A stretch of DNA of 64,000 bases from Chrysomallon squamiferum (Eukaryota > Animalia > Mollusca): positions 7,316,001 through 7,380,000 of the forward strand of contig CM022675.1 of assembly GCA_012295275.1 (NCBI GenBank), read 5' to 3'. The notes below the pieces were generated by a model. The model did not search any database. It saw only the letters and a list, made by a program, of their open reading frames with translations, and was not told where the DNA came from. The position numbers and the translations under genes were made by a program. This document shows positions 55,029 to 64,000 of the stretch, piece after piece. Positions within the stretch are counted from its first letter, which is position 1. Each line of letters opens with the position of its first letter.

Positions 55029-58000
55029 GATACATTATGGAACAAAATCTTTAGCAGTTCAGTGTGCTAACATGATAATGGAAACAGACGAGTTCTCAAG
55101 AAGATTTAATGTTCTAAATTTGCAAAAAAAATCAAATTATGAATTTGATCGAAGATGGATTTTTTTGTATAATTTTTTTCTATTTATTAAATTTAAAGCA
55201 TCACTTTACAAACAGTCTGTATATTTGTCGTCCAAACATCTTGTAGAACCAGAAATGTGACAGTAACACAGACAGATTCTGCTGTTACAATCCTTCACTC
55301 AAGACCTTCGTTTCATTTTATAAGTCACGGAAGAACCACATCTTTTAGAACATGTTTCTTGCATCAGATTTGTCGTGTTGCACTGCATCACAAACGCTGT
55401 ATCATTCAGAATACATCTTATTGTTACTGACTGTAAGCTTTCAGTGGAGAAATAATGAAGACACGGTCCAAATACTTTGACAAGAAACTGATTCATTTAG
55501 GCTTTAATAATTGTCATGATGAATAGCAAAGTATATTTACAGTGATTTGAAAAAAAAGCAAAATTGTGGTGAATTCTGTTGGTTTGACTAATAACTTTTC
55601 AGAGGATGATACAGCAGCCAGAAATAACATGATAATCCTCGACAAGCAAGTTGCAAGGAGAAACTTGTTATACATAATCAACAATCTAGTGCAGTACTAA
55701 CAAAAACAATAATTATGCACAGAATCAATTATTTTGTTTCACACATCAAACTGAAATAATAATAATTCATTTTCAAATATGTGGTAAATTAATACTGTTA
55801 ATTTTCAAGTATATGGTCCGTTAATACAGTTTATTTTCAAATATACAGTACATTAATACTGTTTATTTTCAAATATTCAGTATATTAATACTGTTAATTT
55901 TCAAATATACAGTACATTAATACTGTTGATTTTCAAATATATGGTACGTGAATACTGTTTATTTTTAGCCCACTGAAGTCAATGGACTTGGTATCCCGTT
56001 CCGACCACGGTCAGGAAAAGCAGCCAGCCAGGTTCTGCTTCCTGAGATTGAAATCTACATCCATCTGCTTGTCGTCATTTACCTAATAGACGGCAAGAAG
56101 TATATGGAGGTAAGAAATGAATTACTGGATGGAAAATTAGAAAGATAATTTAGTATTTATTTATAGCATGTAACCCTCACATAAACAGCAAAATTATATG
56201 AAGATGGTTTTAATATATAGGCCACAGCAGGGTAGAAAAGGTACATAGTTATTTTTTTATTTGTTTAGTTATTTATGCAGGTACAGTCTTTGAAGTTGTA
56301 CAGTTCATATTGTTGTGATTGTTGTATGTATTCTGTTAATATCTGATGATGCTGTTGTTATATGATTTTCATTAAAATCTTAATTTCAAATTTTTGGAGT
56401 GAATTTTTTTATTTCTAATTTCTTTTTATGCATTTTACTTATCTTTAATTTTCAATAATGTAATTAAGGAATAAACACTAAATATATAATTATTCGTATT
56501 GGAAAACAATTTATTATCTACTTGACATACTTTTTAAAGTTAAAAGAAAGAAAAAATGTTTTTAAGAATCTGAAATATATATTTTTAAAATTATTATTTT
56601 TTAGATAGCTAGTTATCACAGGCTAATTGCCTTGTTCCTGTGTTGTCTATATATATATACTACTTACTATGCTTATTTTCTAAGTGTTTACTTACTAAGC
56701 TTTTCTTTACTAAGTATTTATTCATAAAGAATTTATTTTCTTTTATTTACTAAGTGTTTATTTATTAAGTATATATTTTCTTAATGCTAATTTATCAGTA
56801 TGAAAAACTAGTAAGAAAAGTATTTAGTAAGTATTTAATTTCCATTTTTATTTTCTAAGTATTTATTTACTAAAACATTATTTGCTAAGTATTTACTTAC
56901 TCTGTTTACTTACTAAGTGTTCACTTGTTTGTCAATCTGCAGGCAGCCAACTGCTCTGAGCAGCTAGTGAGAAAAATACAAATGCACAACAGAAGGACAC
57001 TGGACATGCTTGCAGCCAAATGTTATTTCTACTACTCTAGGTCCTACGAACTCACTGGCCAGCTCGACAGAATCAGAGAGTGAGAAAAATACAGTTCTTT
57101 TTTTTATTTGATTCATAGGCTAGGATCATTTTTTAAAAAAAAAATGCCCATCTTAGTTTGAGTGATTCAGAGAATTTGAAATTTAAAAAAAAAAAATTTG
57201 AACAGATTAATGAACGTTTTGAAGTGTTTTTGTATAAGTTTGAAATGAATGAGGAAAAGAAATGGATGTAAAATATCTTTTAATTAATTAGATTTGAATT
57301 AATATTAGTAATGAATTTAATTTTTAATTTTTTTTTCTATATTACATTGAAATGAATGAAAATTATTTTTTATTTATCTGTTGTTGTTTCTTCCTAAATT
57401 AGATTTGAATTAAAAACAGTGTGGAATTTTAAATGTTTTTAATCAATCTTTTTTTTCCTATATTATATTCAGATCAATGATAATAATTTTTTGAAATATC
57501 TTTTTCTAAATTTGAATAGGATTAATCACAGTGTGGAATTTTAAAAACAAATTAATATTTTATTTTAACCCACATTAAATTCAAAGTAAAGAATATTTTA
57601 AAAAAAAAAAAAAAAAAAAAAGAAATAATTATTTTAATCTTTTGCCAATACAAAAACAAAATCTTGGACAGATATTTCATGAACTACTGTTTAAGTAATT
57701 ACAGAAAATCCTTTATGCTTATATAGCCTTACTTATGTGTGTGTGTGTGTGTGTAAAGTGCATAGATAGTGTTTAAACCAGTCCTGTTTCTTGTTTATTA
57801 ACAAGTAATTATAAATTATTTCCAGGTTTCTGCTTATTAACAAGTAATTGTAAATTATTTCCAGGTTTCTGCATGCCAGACTAAGAACCGCAACTCTGCG
57901 ATCAGACGCAGAGGGCCAGGCTTGTTTGATAAACCTGTTACTGAGAAACTATCTGCACTACAGTTTGTACGAACAGGCAGACAAACTTGTGTCGAAATCT

Positions 58001-60683
58001 ACATTTCCCGAACTCGCATCTAACAATGAGTGGGCAAGGTTTCTGTATTATCTCGGTGAGGCTTGTAGTTTTGATTCTGACTCTGTGTTTTTCTCTCTCT
58101 TTTGTTTTATTTCATTGTTTTGGTTGGTTCTTTGTTGCATGAATATTTCATCTTCTTTCATTATTATTTTTTTTTAATTATTGAGAACAAAGTTTTTCAG
58201 ATTTATTTTAGAATATTTATTTTTTATTATTGTATTGGTTTCTAAAATATTTTAACATCTAGCATAAATAAAAGTTAAAAAAAATAGAAGAAACAGTGTT
58301 TATTTAGTCATATAAAATTATTTAGTAATGCATTCATGAAAAAGCCTTAAATCATCAGGGAAAAGCAAGTAGTATCTGTATGTACTGCAGTGTTTGTCCT
58401 AATTTTTAAATTTTTAAACAATATCTTATTAAGAATAAAATGCCAACTTATATGATAGACAAAGAGGTCTGTATTTCAGTTAAAAAATAATATGTGACTA
58501 AGAATAACAACAGAAGAATGAATTACAAACAAAATAATCAATCCATCCTATATTTAGGTTAAGTTTGAAAACAAACGACCAGTCAAATATTAAATAAATG
58601 GCTAAAAAATTATGCAATGTTTTTCTACCTCTTTACAGTACATTAGTTTGCAATAAGTTTTATCATTTGCCATATACAAAAATCATTCTTCAGAACATGT
58701 ATATAACACCAGAATATGTAACATTTGGACAATTTGGACAACACACTCACTAGTACTAGAATGTTAGAAATATAAAACTAATTGTTTAATTTCAAAAATC
58801 CAATCAAGGAATCCGTATGTAATTTATCCAGCACAGAGCACTAGACTCACAAGAGTCAACAATATTATTCCATTAAGAAAATAAGCCAGAGAATCAGTAC
58901 GCACACCTGGATCTATGTAAAACAGATCTGGACATGTCATCTGAAAAGTTTCTTGAATGCTTGTTTTAACTGTTCACTGTCTCTTTTAACAGGAAGGATA
59001 AAATCGGCCCAACTGGAGTATTCTGCAGCTCACAAACATCTGCTCCAGGCAATGAGAAAAGCTCCCCAGCACTCCGCAGTTGGGTTCAAGCAGACTGTCC
59101 AGCGCCTGGCCATCACTGTGGAGCTGTTGTTAGGTGAAATTCCTGATAGATACATGTTTCGCCAGCCTACGATGAAAAAGACTTTGGCTCCGTATTTTCA
59201 GCTCACTCAAGGTACGAATTGTCAGAAACACAAACAGAAGGACAGATATCTGACGCTTTTTACATTATATTCCTTTCTTAATAGGTCTTTTGCATAAACC
59301 CTCACAAAATAATTTTATGGCTGATTTTAACAATATGAAACCAAAATTAGAAAGATACTTGTCACATTGTTTTACAATATATTATGACATACATAAAAAA
59401 AAATTCTTTTTTTTTATTTGATATATATATGTATGTATTTTTATTTTTTCCATTTTTATTTTTGTAGTACTCTGTAATTTGTAGTTTTTTTGGTCTGTTT
59501 TTATTTTTAACTTTTGTTATTTGATTTCTGTCTGTTTTTAAAAGAGTTTGCTGAATTCGTGTTTAAAAAATTGGTGTGTTGTTTTTTAATGCATGGAATG
59601 TCACAATATGTCAGAAGAAAGTCAAGATTTAAGAGAAATTTTGCAAGATACACGACATGTTCAACAGTCAGCTTTAAAAATAGTTTATATTTTGTGAATA
59701 AGTAGTTTGAAAAAACTGATAGTTAAAAAAAAATGACTTTATATATTTTAACAAAATGAGGAATCACATTTATATCAGATATCAACATTAAAAAAAAGGC
59801 ACAAAAAGTTGTTAAAATTTCTTTTAATTCATTTTTCCAAAAGAAACATGCAGAATGTTTTTGTTTTATTTATTGTTTTTTGACGTTACTGACAGAAACA
59901 GATAAACTCAGTGTGTACATATTGATGATAGGATATAAATTGTCATACTTCATTGTTAATAAAGATTGATTACAAGAAAAGATCAGTTGAAGGGATTCTA
60001 AATACATTTTAGCTATTCCAGTAATTTCTAAGTCACACATGCACATATAAAGAGACAAAGATACAAAACACACACAGACACAAACACACACACACACATG
60101 TGCACACAAACATATACACGTATATGCACAAAGATAAACCCACAAATATAGACACTCATAAACATATACAATTATACATGTATGCAGTAACACACACACA
60201 CACACACACACACAGAGACACTGTCTCATACAGGTATTGCTTCTTCAGACATAATGCATTAAAAATAATAAATAAATAAAAAAATGTTTTAATAGTCTTA
60301 TTTTGTAATGCAAAATGCCAGCAGACTGAGAGAGAAAAAACATTAAATAAAAAATAAAAAAATGTATCAGTCATTAACCCAAATGTTATTTTGCTTTTTC
60401 CTTACATTATTTTTTGAATAAAAGAAAACTTGACTAACACAAAAAAAAAAATTAATTTGATACAATTTTTTTTTTAATTTTAAATTTGCTTTTATTTTTA
60501 TTTGGTACAATTTTTTGTTAAATTTTTTTAAATTTGTATTTATTTCATACAGTTTTTTTGTTGTTAAATTAGTTAATTTTTATTTATTTATTTATGTCTT
60601 GTGTCTTTAAAAACAATTTCAGTATAACAATTAACTTTTTTGAGCTGTCTTAAATTTCTTTCAAAGAAGAAAAAGGTATCAGT

Positions 60684-60715
<32 letters not shown>

Positions 60716-61819
60716 TTACTTGTTTTTTCATATTCAAGCAGCATACACATTAATATATTTGAACATTGTTCAAAGTACTTGAACCCTGAACATTTTCTGT
60801 TCCATCCCTTCATTTAACTTGCACCAGTTACACTGATTCCTACCATCCCTTTCACAAATGCTGAGCAGAAAATATAATTTTCTTCTTTCATCTAAATTGA
60901 AACAAGAGTTACCTAATCTTCTCCATCATTATATCCTGCAGTTTTAATACTGTTATGCCTTTTTGAACTTCCATTGAATATTTTCAAGCTAATATTTTAT
61001 TTCTTTGTTGTACATTTTTTTTTTCCTGTTGTAAGTGTTGTTTTTTTTATACAGTTTTAATTGTAACTCGGAATGAATTCAGTTATAAAACAGTTGGGCA
61101 TTGTTTTTTTTGATTCTGGCTGCTTTGAAATGTTTGAACTGTTTCTTGTACTGTTTAAGAAAAAATAAACATTATTAGTCTGCCACAGACACAAATACTG
61201 TATCCCCAGCTGGAAAGGATTAAAATGTTTTATAACAATATTATTTTGTTGTCTCACTTTTCTTTTATTGAAGAGTGCCCACGAAAAACAATGCTATCCT
61301 GAAAATAAAAAATAAAAATTTCTTGTCAATTAGCTAGTTAATTAATTTATTAATTAAATTATTTATTTATTTATTTATTTATTTTTTATTTATTTGATTA
61401 TTTATTTATACAACTACATTCACACTTTCATATTTTTCTCAACCTTTTATTCACATCCCAGCTGGTTCACTTCCATAATCAACTCTTCTGTAAAATTTAA
61501 CATCAGTTCCACATTTTTTTTTTCATTCATTCCTTTTCTCTTGTCTTCTCTTCTCACTGATTCTTTCATTTCTTTCTCTTGTTTCCCCAAAACAGCTGTG
61601 AGGATGGGCAATCTTCTGAGATTCAACGAAGTTCTCGCCAAGTTCGGGGCAAAGTTCCAGGCAGAGGATACGTACAAGTTGATCATTCGTCTGCGACACA
61701 ACGTCATCAAGACCGGAGTGAGGATGATAAGTCTGAGCTACTCGCGCATCTCCCTCAGCGACATCGCACAGAAGCTGTCTCTCGACAGTCCCGAAGATGC
61801 TGAGTACATCGTAGCCAAG
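52683..61819 (+). CDS. PSMD3: 26S proteasome non-ATPase regulatory subunit 3 (Rpn3), 3'-partial; 7 exons, 410 codons in window
   Basis: Exons 52683-52806, 54450-54643, 55969-56109, 56943-57079, 57865-58055, 58993-59211, 61596-61819 are phase-consistent. Motifs [54 protein letters not shown] and [25 protein letters not shown] are characteristic of PSMD3. Confidence 0.97.
54450..54643 (+). CDS. PSMD3: PSMD3 exon 2 ([25 protein letters not shown]...)
   Basis: Acceptor ctgcag ends 54449; donor gtaagt at 54644. Confidence 0.93.
55770..55968. repeat. 32-bp tandem repeat, about 6 copies, whose last unit forms the PSMD3 exon 3 acceptor
   Basis: TAATAC(T/A)G at 55790, 55822, 55854, 55886, 55918, then GAATACTG at 55950. 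Confidence 0.85.
55969..56109 (+). CDS. PSMD3: PSMD3 exon 3 ([47 protein letters not shown])
   Basis: Acceptor ttttag ends 55968; donor gtaaga at 56110. Confidence 0.92.
56943..57079 (+). CDS. PSMD3: PSMD3 exon 4 ([36 protein letters not shown]...)
   Basis: Acceptor ctgcag ends 56942; donor gtgaga at 57080. Confidence 0.92.
57795..57872 (+). repeat. 39-bp tandem duplication of the PSMD3 exon 5 acceptor
   Basis: TTATTAACAAGTAATT(A/G)TAAATTATTTCCAGGTTTCTGC occurs twice. Confidence 0.9.
57865..58055 (+). CDS. PSMD3: PSMD3 exon 5 ([12 protein letters not shown]...[11 protein letters not shown])
   Basis: Acceptor ttccag ends 57864; donor gtgagg at 58056. Confidence 0.94.
58993..59211 (+). CDS. 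PSMD3: PSMD3 exon 6 ([25 protein letters not shown]...PYFQLTQ)
   Basis: Acceptor taacag ends 58992; donor gtacga at 59212. Confidence 0.94.
61596..61819 (+). CDS. PSMD3: PSMD3 exon 7, PCI domain ([13 protein letters not shown]...DAEYIVAK)
   Basis: Acceptor aaacag ends 61595; donor gtaatg at 61820. Confidence 0.94.
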
Positions 61820-62175
61820 GTAATGATGACGACGTTTGCTACGTTTTTGCGTTGTTTTTGTTATTATGACGTTATTGTTATTATTTGTGATAAAAAAAAT
61901 GATGTGGTTTGTTTTTTGTGAAAGTGGTGTATAGTTCTTATTTAGAATGTTTTATTTTTGTTTGTTCTATCTGTTTTATTATTTATTTATTATATTTTGT
62001 TTTTATGACAAAACATTTTTTTTTAATTTTTTCAGTTTAATTATTATATTTTAGGGTCTTAAAGTGAACTAGCTCAAAGCTTAGAAAAAGACATTTATCT
62101 TTCCTTTCATATATATATATAAAAGCATAGAAAAAGAAATTTATCTTTCCTTTTATATATATATACATATACATA

Positions 62176-62250
62176 TATAGTTAAACCTGATTACAACAAC
62201 TGGGCAAAAATGGTTGTCACAGAGAGGTGGTTGTTTTACTGAGTAAAAAC
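62176..62250 (+). mobile_element. Possible degraded Tc1/pogo-type MITE end
   Basis: TA-TAGTTAAACCTG...AAAAATGGTTG...GAGGTGGTTG resembles, from memory, pogo/Tigger-like MITE termini; no partner TIR identified. Confidence 0.2.
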
Positions 62251-62287
62251 ATAATGAAATGCATTATGGGTTCAAACTCAATGTGAG

Positions 62288-62332
<45 letters not shown>

Positions 62333-63097
62333 GTTGATTTATTATTTTGACAACATTAAGTATTTCTAATGAGTTGCAGTAGGTCACAGTTACATTTTTA
62401 ATTATTCCATATTTGTAAGATAGCCAAGAATCACCATGAGAAAAAAAAAAATTAAATAAATGAATAAAAAGGGATCTTAAATTTTTTTTTCATCAAGTTT
62501 TATTCATTTCATACGACTCAGAGTTTACCAACATTGGTGGTTGATGTATATTTTTTAAGTTTAATTTGCACTCCCAGAACTGTTGCAAAAGTCTGACTGT
62601 CATGAAAATAAATAACACTGTTGGGGTGGGTGTGAAAGGAAAAGAAAGAAAGAAAGAAAAAATATAGCATTTAAAAAATAATAATAAAAAAAATTCTTTT
62701 TTTAAATTTATGGCATCCAAAACAAATTGTAATAAATATTTTTTTCAGAGTAAATCAAACTTTTTAAAAGTCTATAGAATTTATTATCGTAATGATAGAA
62801 GATTTTAAACATAAAATATTATAACATAAAATAAAAAAACATTCAAAATTGTATGTTTATTTTAATTGAGAATAAATTTAAACACCTTTTTTTACTTGTA
62901 AGTGATTACAGAAAATTAATTTTTTTTAATTTAAAAAATTTAATGAAAATAAAATGGCATGCTTTTTAGTCTGTAAAATGGTTGAAATTTTTTTTTTTTT
63001 GAGAAAAATACAAAAATCCATGACAGACTGAGGATATTATACAGTTTTGCAATGATTTGCTAATTCTGTTACGATTTTTTAAAAATTTATTGCTTTA

Positions 63098-63131
<34 letters not shown>

Positions 63132-63394
63132 TTAATTATTATTTTAATTGTTACTCTTAGTTATTATGCAAAATTGTTCACAATAAGTAAGTAAGTAAGT
63201 AAATAAATGAATAATTTATTTGATCTGTCAGAATTTCTATTTTAAAATTCTTTTATACGTTCATTTTATAAAAATTTACAGTAGACGATAATAATAATAA
63301 TAATAGTAATAGTCATAGTAATAGTAACCATAATAATAATATTTCAATAAAGCTCAAATACTTGACATATTTGGTTTCCTGAGATCTATTAATA

Positions 63395-63445
<51 letters not shown>

Positions 63446-64000
63446 CAAACTTAATGTACTATGCAGATTGTTTATTGCTTGTTATACCACTTGTGGTTTC
63501 TGTTAATATACCACATGCAGTTACTTCATAAACAACACACATACACAGCTAACCATATGTTGCAGGATTGGTCAAACCACTCCTAGTAATAACAGCTAGT
63601 TTGATGTTATCATCCTTTACACACACACCTTTCATTATTTTATTAAATTTCCTTGGTTGTTTTATTTTTAGTTTTATCAGCAGTAAGTTAATAATAGGTA
63701 ACTTACCATTTCTGTCATATTTTCAAGACTGATTTTATTATTATTATTATTATTATTATTTATTTACTTATTTATTTTATTATTATTATTTATTTATTTA
63801 TTTATTTTATTATTATTATTATTTATGTATTTATTTTATTATTATTATCATTATGGTTTGATACTATTATTATTTATTTTCTTATTTATTTTATTATTGT
63901 TATTATTTATGTATTTATTTTTTTTTATTATCATTATGGTTTGTTACTATTATTATTTATTTACTTATTTATTTATTTAATTACTATTATTATTAATTTA

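Noticed and set aside
55030-55760. Compositionally balanced intronic stretch that might be a decayed transposon or a nested gene
   Set aside because: Only short ORFs with no recognisable RT or transposase motifs by eye.

Overview
AT-rich, microsatellite-dense animal genomic DNA with GT-AG introns; invertebrate, possibly mollusc (inference only). It holds three + strand genes, reconstructed exon by exon. (1) The 3' 13 coding exons of a TANC1/2 (rolling pebbles)-like P-loop/ankyrin/TPR scaffold, 8..17806, ending in the PDZ-type ligand -ETAL. (2) A type II Golgi carbohydrate sulfotransferase (Sulfotransfer_2, CHST11-like) with coding exons 41834..41927, 44483..44593 and 46015..46908. (3) The first 7 exons of 26S proteasome lid subunit PSMD3/Rpn3, 52683..61819, continuing past the window. 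All 18 junctions of TANC and PSMD3 are phase-consistent, but the spliced sulfotransferase CDS is 1 nt out of frame. A 75-codon ORF1 (TM anchor + stem) ends at CCC-CTT-TGA-C and the catalytic domain follows in the +1 frame. This matches the RF2/antizyme-type shifty-stop layout and is a candidate programmed +1 frameshift; an assembly indel or an unrecognised splice site must be excluded first. The same enzyme has a degenerate 5'-PSB PAPS-binding motif, uORFs, an E-box cluster and an intronic array antisense to its own splice acceptor. Many introns have tandem arrays abutting, and sometimes supplying, their splice sites. Most ORF-track entries are microsatellite artefacts.
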